Below are positions 31,301-39,585 of a DNA stretch of 64,000 bases, one piece after another. Under the pieces are notes generated by a model. It made no database searches. It was not told where the DNA came from and saw nothing but the letters and a program-made list of their open reading frames with translations. This DNA is from a candidate division WWE3 bacterium (GTDB lineage Bacteria; Patescibacteriota; WWE3; 2-01-FULL-39-13), in NCBI GenBank assembly GCA_943354835.1, contig CALRDH010000001.1, positions 46,460 through 110,459 on the forward strand, in the 5' to 3' direction. The first letter of the stretch is position 1. The number at the start of each line of letters is the position of its first letter. Made by a program: the position numbers and the translations under genes.

Positions 31301-32103
31301 GAATCAAATCTAGAATCTACTCCACCGCTAAATAAATAATAACCAAAAGGAGCTAACCAGTATAAATTTATAAAAAAGAACACCATCCAGAAAACGACTT
31401 GTCTTTTTATGAGTATAAAATTCTTCGTAATCAGGGACTTAATAAAAATACCTAGATTCAAAGGCAGAAAAAGCAAACAAAACACAAAAAATAATGTAGG
31501 GATAAAAAAAGCTGTTGTTATTGCAAGTAAAGCTGTAAGCATTAACCCATTTTTGAATCCAAATCCTTTATATACATATAAATAAAAAATTAATATTGAT
31601 AGCGGTAAAAAAGCATAAAAAGCAGAAAAAGCTTCAAGTGGGGAATAAAAATTCTGAACCGTACCAAGATTTAGCATGTAAAACAAAGCGACAATAAAAG
31701 ACACTAACGAACTATGTTTATATTTCTCAAAAATAGCCAATTTAGATAAAAAATATGTTGAATACACGCCAATTGCGAGCAGTATAAATTGGAAAACATA
31801 TCTGTATAGCCACTGCGGAAGCAGTAATAATGGAGAAAATAAGATAATTCGAACAACTTCTGTAGAATGCCCATGACCTGCAACCAAACCCAAACCCTGA
31901 TATTCTTCCCATACAGAACTAAAATTTCGAGTAAGATTTAATATTGGATCAAACTCAACTTGCTGATTATCCCAACCCAAAAGATATGTATTAGGTCTTA
32001 TATTGCTAATTGCCAGAAAAACTAACACTAAAAATAGTATTAGGACAGGATTAAAAATACGTTTTATTCTTGTTTTCATTGAATTCAAAGCCATATTTGC
32101 CAT
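28366..32103 (-). CDS. large polytopic membrane protein with a big extracytoplasmic domain (GT-C/YfhO/PTPS-related-like)
   Basis: 1245 aa. About 14 N-terminal transmembrane helices, then a ~750-aa soluble region and a C-terminal transmembrane helix. Last gene of a glycosyltransferase operon. Family assignment is tentative. Confidence 0.55.
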   Translation of the reverse strand: MANMALNSMKTRIKRIFNPVLILFLVLVFLAISNIRPNTYLLGWDNQQVEFDPILNLTRNFSSVWEEYQGLGLVAGHGHSTEVVRIILFSPLLLLPQWLYRYVFQFILLAIGVYSTYFLSKLAIFEKYKHSSLVSFIVALFYMLNLGTVQNFYSPLEAFSAFYAFLPLSILIFYLYVYKGFGFKNGLMLTALLAITTAFFIPTLFFVFCLLFLPLNLGIFIKSLITKNFILIKRQVVFWMVFFFINLYWLAPFGYYLFSGGVDSRFDSIINRISSENAYQYNNRYGNISDVSKLRGFWFSYIDYYPNNEGQFEYMLQPWIGWISYNFIAFIGYFLFLIIIIGVIFATFSHRRLFILGLLCMFFLSLFFLIGTAWPTGFLYSFIVDKFPVFGEVFRFAFTKWIVPASLTYSIFLGFGFVFFAKTFEKFKNNSYVLAAIIISAILLQSYPIFRGNFIYENLKIELPNEYKQLFAYFKSQDISKRIVNLPQHTFWGWRFHNWGYRGSGFMWYGIEQAITDRAFDGWNYKNEQFYNELQYAIYSQNIDLFDSVLNKYQIDYLLIDESVITPDAKRALFYEATKELLSRSNRISLDTKFGDFIFIYKVDHKEPSISYVYTPKESSNILTRYNFSNLDPIYLSGFSNYILVDSINDKKPLHFPFSDDRVLASLEDYLIDYPSFASNDIYSVVAPGFDFNSPLPALVSFNSDNIEVSYLRPKIVDSKNNDIYENQFNEVIDVILDPSKKILFNNKPVKLTETGSSFLIKPNSTIVSYDSFSSDFYDFSDQIYSSEVNNCSGSLENVAKSYDKYPGSVIVSSDGGSVCLDFDERIENTTDFVYEISYLYKNVSDSKQTYCLYSENEKKCLNEKYNGTISIDGQFKKSIDYVIAKGQDKLRFSLISDQFNSTKSEEVTFKDIKVYRYPLTQIKIFSPSELAYSSSQKIIVTKEQLPLKVILPEYRNLSKLYIPGDFGYNIEAKNCDNFNEKKFARDLGLFDDRPLYKYSAIDAISCDNLETTVINANSDYLITFDSKNIIGKNLDICIAGIDLDKCLIQERLNGNGRESFILPSYPSAESVGINIGNQSIGNAPTENELYGVDVKYFPYKWLKGIYVKPKNAPEFYENGVKLLNVDKKAIYKYEVKVEKSEKADVKEGGLIILNQSFENGWGLYEKDSCLLGMTTPFTCKKSTASHVLAKNWANSWIVPGVSASYVIIFWPQYLQFLGYLVFIVFIFVIGFSLYYKKAKTASRA

Positions 32104-32107
32104 TTTA

Positions 32108-33385
32108 TTAAAAAGAGGAGATTCCTATTAATAATAGGAAAAAAGTAAATAAAACACATTGAATAGCAACTAAGATAAAAATGCCAAGAGAAGACAATAG
32201 TTTACTAATCTTAAAATCGCTCCATATTACCGACATAATAGCTATTACTTGAAAACCAGGCAAAGAATACCTAATGATACTCGCCATGCTACCTATAGAG
32301 CTTATACTAAAAGTATATACGCACAAAAAAATTGTCATCGTTACTAATTGCTTACGAACATTAGCTGGTAACTTTTTAAATGATGGATGAAAAAGTTTTA
32401 AAAAATAAAACAGCGTGAAAATGATTAAAGAGATGAAACTAACAACTATGAAAATTGTTTGTATTAGTAAATTATTGCTATATGCATTTAAATAATCAAT
32501 AACAATTGCGAATGGATATTTTACACCGTTATCCCAAACTTTCTGTATATCGAATGAAGCAAAAAAATTCCCGGATACCGATTTCAGATGATAAAAAAAC
32601 AATGCTATAGGAAGAAGTGACACAAAACTATACAACACAATTTTAGAAATTGACGAAAATTTGAAATTGTTTTGATAAAAAAGCCCAGATAGATAAAAAT
32701 AGGCGAACGGAAAAACCAAGGTATATCCAATTGGTTTAGTAATCATAGCTAAACCAATACATAAAGAAGATATTAAATATCTTTCTTTAAATAGAAAATA
32801 AAACATACTAATCATTAATAATAAAAACAGACTTTCGGTATAAGCAATACTTGTGAAATAAGCTGCCGGAAAAGCAAGCAGAAATATTATCACTCCATAT
32901 ATCTTATCTTTAGGGACCTTCAGATTTGATAATACTTTATAAACAATAAGATAATTGATATAGATCGCAATATTAGAGACAATGACCCCTGATACAAGTG
33001 CATTCTTATAAGACAAATCGCCCCAAACCCACGTAAAGATAAACACTAACAATGGATACAGTGGATAAAATGCCCAATTGTGATAAGAATTAGTATTAAA
33101 TTTTACTCTGTCGTAACCATCTACAGCAATACGTAGATAATAATTGGTGTCCCATTTCGCCCACAAATCATATATATGATAAGAAGGGCTTAGATTTTGA
33201 AAGACTCTTGGAACAGAAAATAAGCCAGTTGGAGTGGCTTCCTGCCAAATCCTTGCCGGCAGTGTGTAAATTATAAAAACAGAAAAGAAATACCTAGTAA
33301 AAAAAATAACTATGACAAAAATGAGAATTAAAACCTTATAATCAAATAAAAAGCTGATAATTGGCTTTAATCGATTCATTTTCAA
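32108..33385 (-). CDS. polytopic membrane protein, likely a GT-C-fold glycosyltransferase
   Basis: 425 aa with about 11 transmembrane helices and no soluble domain. Operon context with GT4 and the 1245-aa membrane protein. Confidence 0.45.
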   Translation of the reverse strand: MKMNRLKPIISFLFDYKVLILIFVIVIFFTRYFFSVFIIYTLPARIWQEATPTGLFSVPRVFQNLSPSYHIYDLWAKWDTNYYLRIAVDGYDRVKFNTNSYHNWAFYPLYPLLVFIFTWVWGDLSYKNALVSGVIVSNIAIYINYLIVYKVLSNLKVPKDKIYGVIIFLLAFPAAYFTSIAYTESLFLLLMISMFYFLFKERYLISSLCIGLAMITKPIGYTLVFPFAYFYLSGLFYQNNFKFSSISKIVLYSFVSLLPIALFFYHLKSVSGNFFASFDIQKVWDNGVKYPFAIVIDYLNAYSNNLLIQTIFIVVSFISLIIFTLFYFLKLFHPSFKKLPANVRKQLVTMTIFLCVYTFSISSIGSMASIIRYSLPGFQVIAIMSVIWSDFKISKLLSSLGIFILVAIQCVLFTFFLLLIGISSF

Positions 33386-33388
33386 TTT

Positions 33389-34177
33389 TTAGTTAACTCG
33401 GAAAATTTCCGTTGTTTCGTCAGCAAATATTTTTGAAAAAAACTCCATTGTATTGACATCGTCATATATAGGGTCAAACGCATACCAATAGGTTAAAAAA
33501 TAAGTTTTTTCTTGCGGCCTATCAAAATTGAGCGAAATAGAATCGCCTCTTTTAACGTCGTAAGTAAAAACTGGCTCAAATTTGTGGACATTTCCTTCTA
33601 AAGTTTCTTTAAAATCTGCAATCTGTTTTTGGTCACTTGGAGTAGTTAAGTAAACATTTGCCGAATTATCTAGTGAAGTCATTAAACCATCAATATAAAA
33701 TTTTCCGCTTCTTAAAAAAGTGAAATTGGGTTTTGATATATCTTGGCCTGGTATAACTTCTATAGATTTTTGAATGTATCCATTCGTATATTCGCTCTCA
33801 AAGTTATAACTATCAGCTATGTATGACCATGATTTAAAAAACTGCGGACATGGTGTTTTCATGGATTTGTCAAAAATTATTATCTTAATATTTTTTGACT
33901 TAAAATAGTTGTTAGCTTCCTGTCTAGAAATTTCGGTTTCTTTTAAAGATTCACAAGAGAAATATCGATCTTCTTTACTTGCACTAGAACTAATTGATTT
34001 TAATGGGAGTGTAATAGATAAATCGCTTTGGCTAGAGTTAAAAGAAGTATCAACTCCTCTATTATGCCACTTGTTCATATTGAATATGAATAAAGCTAAC
34101 AAAACGATATATGCAACCAAAAGAGCAATGGAAAAACGAGCCACAAAATCTCTAATTCCAAACAAAAAAGACCGCAT
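33389..34177 (-). CDS. membrane-anchored hypothetical protein
   Basis: N-terminal transmembrane helix (IALLVAYIVLLALFIF) then a soluble domain. Operon member. Confidence 0.4.
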   Translation of the reverse strand: MRSFLFGIRDFVARFSIALLVAYIVLLALFIFNMNKWHNRGVDTSFNSSQSDLSITLPLKSISSSASKEDRYFSCESLKETEISRQEANNYFKSKNIKIIIFDKSMKTPCPQFFKSWSYIADSYNFESEYTNGYIQKSIEVIPGQDISKPNFTFLRSGKFYIDGLMTSLDNSANVYLTTPSDQKQIADFKETLEGNVHKFEPVFTYDVKRGDSISLNFDRPQEKTYFLTYWYAFDPIYDDVNTMEFFSKIFADETTEIFRVN

Positions 34178-34189
34178 TATAGAATTCCA

Positions 34190-35509
34190 TTAACTAACGG
34201 TTACTACTAAAGGCTTTAACTCAACATTCACTAATTTAAGTTTAGCATATTGATTAAAAATAAGGGCACAATAGTCTAACGACAAAGATTCCCACTGTCT
34301 CTTTATAAAAACAGATTTAGAAAACGCAACATATTTTTCTATATTTCCTTCTAATTTTGTTAGCCTAGATCTAAAACTTTTTGAATTTATATTAAATATA
34401 ATATCTTCATTTTTCAAACCAGAATTTGCAAGAGAATACTTTATATCATTGCTTTTAAAATACTCGCTCAAAACATTCGATAATAAGACAGGTTTATTGT
34501 ACGAAAAAGCCAATGATAATGGCCCCGAAGATGACATAAACGTTTTGTATGGCAATATAACGGCTTCACAAGCATTATAATAATAATCAACCATATCGTC
34601 AGGAACAAAACCCGTCATTATTGCACCTTTTTCTTTTGCAAGTTTTTTTATCTTTTCTATAAATTCTTGATAAAAAGCATCACTTGCATATGCCGGATTT
34701 TCTCCGCCTGCAATTATTAGTTCATACCCTGTGTTTTTGTCCCAGATTTGAAGTAAATCATCAATTCCTTTATATAAAGATAAAAAGCCAAAGTATAATA
34801 AGTATTTTTTATTTGCATCTAAACCTAATTTCTTTTTCGCAATCGATTTATCTATTATTTTTTTTGGTTCAACAGCTAATGCTATAACAGAAATTTTGTC
34901 ACTATCTCCCAAGTGTTCTTTCATACTCTGCTCAAAAACAATAACGTTTTCACATGGAAACATGATTAAATTGTAAAAAGCACTTCTTAAATTATTAAAG
35001 ATAAAAGCTTTAGCTTTATTATGTTCAAAAACACCTATATCAGAAACAACATTGTGGAATATTAAAGTAACATCTTTACCTATAATCTTTGAAAGATAAA
35101 TTAAACCTATATATATAGGTAAATATATTAAATTCCCAACGATAAAAAATTCAAAAGGAAATAATATCTTATTAGATTTTGACTTTACTATCTCTTTTGC
35201 AATACTAAATAAACCCTTAAGGCTATTAATTTTCCACTTTCTTTGAACGTTAATCCCATCTTCGTCTACGTATGCTTCTGGTTTATTGAAAATATTAGCA
35301 ATAACCTTAACATTTAATTCAGGCATCGCTTTTTTCATCCATTTAAGGGTTTTTTGTGTATGCCAGGCAATTCCACCTGTCATATTTTTATATTTTTTAT
35401 TTCTACTTGGATAACTTGAAATTACTAACAAGCTATCGGTTTCTTTAATATTATTCATAAATTTCATATTTCTATTTACGAGATTAAAATCTCTCCTAAA
35501 TAAAAACAA
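34190..35509 (-). CDS. glycosyltransferase family 4 (GT-B fold)
   Basis: C-terminal GT1/GT4 signature region (LIIAGGENP...FVPDD...AVILPY). A possible later start at MKFMNN, about 35467. Confidence 0.7.
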   Translation of the reverse strand: MFLFRRDFNLVNRNMKFMNNIKETDSLLVISSYPSRNKKYKNMTGGIAWHTQKTLKWMKKAMPELNVKVIANIFNKPEAYVDEDGINVQRKWKINSLKGLFSIAKEIVKSKSNKILFPFEFFIVGNLIYLPIYIGLIYLSKIIGKDVTLIFHNVVSDIGVFEHNKAKAFIFNNLRSAFYNLIMFPCENVIVFEQSMKEHLGDSDKISVIALAVEPKKIIDKSIAKKKLGLDANKKYLLYFGFLSLYKGIDDLLQIWDKNTGYELIIAGGENPAYASDAFYQEFIEKIKKLAKEKGAIMTGFVPDDMVDYYYNACEAVILPYKTFMSSSGPLSLAFSYNKPVLLSNVLSEYFKSNDIKYSLANSGLKNEDIIFNINSKSFRSRLTKLEGNIEKYVAFSKSVFIKRQWESLSLDYCALIFNQYAKLKLVNVELKPLVVTVS

Positions 35510-35611
35510 GCGGTCGAGATCGAAAAGGGAATGTGCATAAGCACAAATAGCAAAATCTGCTACCCTAGTCGACCTCGACCCTAACAGAAAAGCACAAATT
35601 GTACTACGGAA

Positions 35612-35782
35612 CTACGGCTGCGGTGTTGCAGTCACAATCGCACTCGGCTGGGGAGCCGGGAGTTGTGGGGCCGAAGGCTCCTGCTCTCCTATCCCTAGTG
35701 GGTTGTACACGAATTGCAACACGATCAGTAGGACTAGCAGTCCAGCTGCAATTGCTGATTTAACACCGAAATACGCTTTCAT
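35612..35782 (-). CDS. small hypothetical exported or membrane peptide (56 aa) in the high-GC island
   Basis: Reads MKAYFGVKSAIAAGLLVLLIVLQFVYNPLGIGEQEPSAPQLPAPQPSAIVTATPQP. Preceded by GAGGAG six nucleotides upstream of the ATG. GC-rich codons. Shorter than 60 aa, so absent from the ORF track. Confidence 0.3.
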   Translation of the reverse strand: MKAYFGVKSAIAAGLLVLLIVLQFVYNPLGIGEQEPSAPQLPAPQPSAIVTATPQP

Positions 35783-36042
35783 GGAAATCTCCTCGTTGTT
35801 GTGTTGTTGAATAAAAAAAGCACGTTTAAGCTAACGAGGTTGTGACCTCATTCTCTTAATTCGTGCTTTCTAAGTATTCGCAACATTCCAAAAAAGGATT
35901 TCAAAGTCAATGCGAACGCACGCTTTTTCTTTCCGTAATATTTGTGCCGTGTTTACATAATTCTTTGAATTGGCTCAAGCTTATTGAGCTTATCTCTGAA
36001 AAAGCAAACACTATATGAACGTACTTTTACCTTGCGGTAAAT

Positions 36043-36080
36043 CTAAACCAACGAACGAATTGTTCCTTGGCTAGTTTTTA
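36043..36080. repeat. copy A of a conserved ~35-nt upstream motif (AACGAACGAATTGTTCCTTGGCTAG)
   Basis: Shares the CGAACGA(A/T)TTGTTCC core with the copies at 37613 and 39586. Lies about 260 bp 5' of the small ORF start. Confidence 0.35.
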
Positions 36081-36116
36081 ACTGAGATGAAAAGATCGCA
36101 AATCAAAAACTACTGT

Positions 36117-36190
36117 GGGACTGTGACTTTTAAAAACTGATTGCTTGCGCAACCAAAACTCATACGAAATCGCATGAGAGTCACAGTCCC
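36117..36190 (-). terminator. long stem-loop downstream of the island gene: a 12-bp perfect stem enclosing nested small hairpins
   Basis: GGGACTGTGACT (36117-36128) pairs with AGTCACAGTCCC (36179-36190). The 50-nt loop contains the CTCAT...ATGAG and TTGCGCAA palindromes. On the minus strand it is followed by AGTTTTTGATTT. Confidence 0.3.
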
Positions 36191-36212
36191 TTGAGGCACT
36201 ACATCCTACTGA

Positions 36213-37280
36213 CTACTGATTTTTGAACACCAATGGCAAGTTTGTCCTGTAAAGACATTCTTGCTCCTCACCGCCGCCTTCGTACACGTAGCACACGTAA
36301 ATCGGTGTTGGCGTCGGGGTTACCGTCGCTGTTGCCGTCGGCGTGCTGGTTGGTGTCGACGTGCTCGTCGGTGTCGGCGTCGAACTCGGAGTACTGCTGG
36401 GTGTCGCACTCGGCGTCGGGGTAGCCACTGGCTCCTCAACATTCCAAATGGACGATCCACCCGCTGCGATAGTCGCACTTCGCGCCTCTGCCCATGTCGG
36501 CCAAGTCTTTCCATCCACTGCAGGGGAACCTGTTGTAAGGTACCAACCCCCTGGCGTGCACGGATCTGACATCGGCAATCTATTGGCTTCGGCCAAACTA
36601 CTTGTCACCCACGGGGATGACCCATCACAGAACCCACTCGGTGCCGCATCGAACATTGCTGTCGCGGTCGGGGTCGCTGTGGACGTGCTCGTCGGAGTAC
36701 TGCTTGGTGTCGCGGTTGGCGTGTTCGTCGCTGTGCTGGTCGGGACCGGCGTACTCGTTGACGTATTCGTCGCTGTGCTAGTCGGAACCGGCGTACTCGT
36801 TGACGTGTTCGTCGCTGTGCTAGTCGGAACCGGCGTACTCGTTGACGTATTCGTCGCTGTGCTGGTCGGGACCGGCGTACTTGTTGACGTATTCGTCGCT
36901 GTGCTAGTCGGAACCGGCGTACTCGTTGACGTGTTCGTCTCTGGGGTGGCTGTTGCCTCCCAGTGAATGCGCCATATCGACGATCCGCCTGCACTCACAG
37001 TTGCGTTTCTCGCTCCAGTCCATTCCGGCCACCTAACTCCGTTAAGGGTACCCACTCCTATTGTGAGGAATGGCCCTCCGGCTGGTGAACACGGGTCTTG
37101 AACGGGGAGCGCATCTGCCTCTTGCTGCGTACTCGAAACCCAAGGGGCCGATCCTGCACAGAATTGTGCGAGATTCGGCGATCCGGCGGTAACGATACGT
37201 GCAACGTAAGGCGAAAGCGTACTTCCTACGATGATTGCAAACGCAATCAAAGCCCTCAAAAACTTACTAATCTGAAACAT
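36213..37280 (-). CDS. secreted protein with two homologous ~70-aa Cys-containing domains joined by a Thr/Pro-rich tandem-repeat linker
   Basis: Signal peptide (MFQISKFLRALIAFAIIVGS) with AAGGAG 7 nt upstream of the ATG at 37280; the ORF track extends to a GTG at 37310. Domains: CAGSAPWVSSTQQEADALPVQDPCSPAGG...ARNATVSAGGSSIW and CDGSSPWVTSSLAEANRLPMSDPCTPGG...ARSATIAAGGSSIW. The linker is TNTSTSTPVPTSTA five times. GC3-rich codons. Confidence 0.6.
   Translation of the reverse strand: MFQISKFLRALIAFAIIVGSTLSPYVARIVTAGSPNLAQFCAGSAPWVSSTQQEADALPVQDPCSPAGGPFLTIGVGTLNGVRWPEWTGARNATVSAGGSSIWRIHWEATATPETNTSTSTPVPTSTATNTSTSTPVPTSTATNTSTSTPVPTSTATNTSTSTPVPTSTATNTSTSTPVPTSTATNTPTATPSSTPTSTSTATPTATAMFDAAPSGFCDGSSPWVTSSLAEANRLPMSDPCTPGGWYLTTGSPAVDGKTWPTWAEARSATIAAGGSSIWNVEEPVATPTPSATPSSTPSSTPTPTSTSTPTSTPTATATVTPTPTPIYVCYVYEGGGEEQECLYRTNLPLVFKNQ
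36716..36940. repeat. 42-bp tandem repeat (~5.3 copies) encoding the TNTSTSTPVPTSTA linker
   Basis: Direct reading shows GTTGACGT(A/G)TTCGTCGCTGTGCT(A/G)GTCGG(A/G)ACCGGCGTACT(C/T) repeated head-to-tail. Confidence 0.75.
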
Positions 37281-37612
37281 TCTGATTTTCTCCTTACTAC
37301 GAAAAAACACGGGTAGAGGTACTTCAACAACTAACTTATCCCGAGTTTTTTTCCGGATAATTTAGTTGCTGAAGTGTCTATCTTTTGTTTTTCTGTTCTT
37401 TGAAGATTGAATGTCTCTACATTGTCTCTATCTAACTTAGTTTGTAATATAACGCCTTGCACTTGCGTGCGCGGCTACTATTACTCACTTCGTTTGTAAT
37501 ATAGTGCCTCGTATGAGCATAAAGATTCCTAAAGATCCAGTCAGAATTTGATTGGCCTTTATTCGTCTAACTCATACTATTTAAAAGAACTACGCCTTTC
37601 GGCGTTTCCGAT

Positions 37613-37660
37613 TGCTAACGAGCGATTTGCTCCTTAGTCGGTTGAAGGATTTCCCGTCCT
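37613..37660. repeat. copy B of the conserved upstream motif (CTAACGAGCGATTTGCTCCTTAGTCGGTTGAAGGATT)
   Basis: 33 of 37 positions match copy C, and every mismatch is a transition. About 330 bp 5' of the 36213-37280 gene. Confidence 0.4.
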
Positions 37661-38078
37661 GCCCTTCGGAAAACCCTTCAATCGTTTTTGCTACTTATTA
37701 GGTTTTATTTAATGATCGATATCCTGTGAGGTTAACTTAATGGTTGCGGCCTGACAGGACCTTTCACTTAAAAAGCTATCAGTCGCTACAACTTGTGTTT
37801 GTAGCGTACTGCAGTATTAATACTGTAGGCTATTCAAGTGAAGGCTAATATTACTATAGGGCAATCAAGATGTCAAAGGCATGTACAGGCCGGGTACATG
37901 GGTAACACTTTTGAAAAACTATTGTACGAGTTTATCACCTTCTGTACATATTCTACTGGCGTGTCCTGTCCATGGCTCTCATGTGGCTTTTATGTATTGT
38001 ATTCATAGATTCCAAACTTGAAACTGCGGGTGTAAGCCCGTGGAGATTCATATAAAAGAATAATCGTCTACCTCTTTC

Positions 38079-39407
38079 TTAAAATAAGAACTTCTCAAGA
38101 TAGTTAACCATGTAAAATGGCAAAGAAAGAACATTATACCCATGTGCGGTTAGCTCTTTTTTAGGGTGTCCAGAATACAGTTTTACTGCAATTCCACCAT
38201 TGGTATCCGATAAAAAGCTGTCAATAGATTTCCCCTTCGAATCGTTATATTTAACTTCTATGGCTGTTATTTTACTGCTTCCTTGTATGCAGTAATCGAC
38301 TTCGGCACTCCCCTTTTTAGAGTCTTTCGTCCAATAATATAGCTGCTGTCGATTAGCCATATTATTTGCCAATATATTCTGCCCGATTATCTGCTCATAA
38401 ATCGATCCTTTATATGTATATCTGGTCTTGTCAATTTGTTCTGGTGTTTTAACTTGATACAAATAGTTCGTAAACCCTGCGTCAATAAATAATAACTTGT
38501 GTGGTGGCTTATTCTTTTTGTGAATCGGGACCTCTGTAGACCACGTTGCTGGTACCAAAGTTAATAACATGACTTTTTCTAGCAAAGTAAAAGCCTCTCT
38601 TACTTCTCTACTTTTATAGCCCGAATCCGCAAAATTATCGAATTTTATTAAAGAACCAGCATAATATGGTCCTTGTGTAATTATCAAATCGAGGTATTTT
38701 GTTTTAGAGGATGTCGCATACTTATACACATCATCTGCATACCCAGAAAGGATAGAATTGTATATGCTAGTTAATAAATTATTATTTCTATGTTCTGCAT
38801 AATTCGCAACTATTTCTGGCATTCCTCCTATTAAGGTATACAGCCTAAATAACTCTATTAATTCGACATGGATAACATCGATTACTTCGAGATTTAGCAA
38901 ATCAATTTTTTCGATATAACTTACAAATTCTTCTTTCCCTAAGGCCACAAGAAATTCTATAAAAGTTAATGGATTAAGATACGCATACTCAATCCGCCCA
39001 ACCGGAATAGAGACTCCAGTTTCGGTTATTGTGGCTTCGAAAAACGACCCAGCCGCTATAACATGGATATTGGGTCTTAATTCATAAAAGAACCGCAACA
39101 GTGTAATTAAATAAGGATTTACTTGTATTTCGTCGATAAAAACTAATGTTTTTTCGTTTACAAGCGATTTATTATATTTGGTTTTTAAAATATCTTCAAA
39201 TTGCTCTATGCTAATTTCCCCATCAAAGTTATCTCTATCTGCAATATTTTCTAAATTTAAATATATGTAATTTTCGAAATGCTCTGCGAAAATATTTACA
39301 GCCATAGTCTTTCCAACTTGCCTGGCTCCTCTAAGTATTAATGGTTTACGATCGGCTTTATCTTTCCAGTTAAGTAAATATTTATGAATAGCTCGTTTTA
39401 TTCTCAT
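38079..39407 (-). CDS. AAA+ ATPase of the AAA_14/DUF4143 type
   Basis: Walker A LILRGARQVGKT, Walker B VFIDEIQ, and a C-terminal DUF4143-like region. 442 aa. Confidence 0.65.
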   Translation of the reverse strand: MRIKRAIHKYLLNWKDKADRKPLILRGARQVGKTMAVNIFAEHFENYIYLNLENIADRDNFDGEISIEQFEDILKTKYNKSLVNEKTLVFIDEIQVNPYLITLLRFFYELRPNIHVIAAGSFFEATITETGVSIPVGRIEYAYLNPLTFIEFLVALGKEEFVSYIEKIDLLNLEVIDVIHVELIELFRLYTLIGGMPEIVANYAEHRNNNLLTSIYNSILSGYADDVYKYATSSKTKYLDLIITQGPYYAGSLIKFDNFADSGYKSREVREAFTLLEKVMLLTLVPATWSTEVPIHKKNKPPHKLLFIDAGFTNYLYQVKTPEQIDKTRYTYKGSIYEQIIGQNILANNMANRQQLYYWTKDSKKGSAEVDYCIQGSSKITAIEVKYNDSKGKSIDSFLSDTNGGIAVKLYSGHPKKELTAHGYNVLSLPFYMVNYLEKFLF

Positions 39408-39585
39408 CTTAAAAGAATACTACTTTAGTTTTCAAGTTGCAACTTACTTGTAACACACCAGGGAACAAACTAGTACTTACTTAAGACATTCCCGGGGTTA
39501 CAATTCAAGTGTAAGCGAAGAATTGCTAGCCGAACACGTAAGTGTGAGGCGTTAAATTGGATTTCTGTTCCGATCTACAAGCTAT

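Noticed and set aside
36716-36940. Tandem direct repeats considered as a possible CRISPR array; the same was asked of 49216-50050
   Set aside because: The units are contiguous, with no unique spacers. They lie inside open reading frames and encode the periodic peptides TNTSTSTPVPTSTA and xxIS. No cas genes are present.
36261-36994. Several long antisense ORFs (36261-36569, 36343-36966, 36605-36994, 36320-36514), some extremely Arg-rich, overlapping the high-GC repeat gene
   Set aside because: High GC and tandem repeats suppress stop codons in every frame. The minus-strand gene has a signal peptide, a Shine-Dalgarno sequence and coherent domain structure, whereas the overlapping ORFs are low-complexity poly-Arg or poly-Val/Gly strings.
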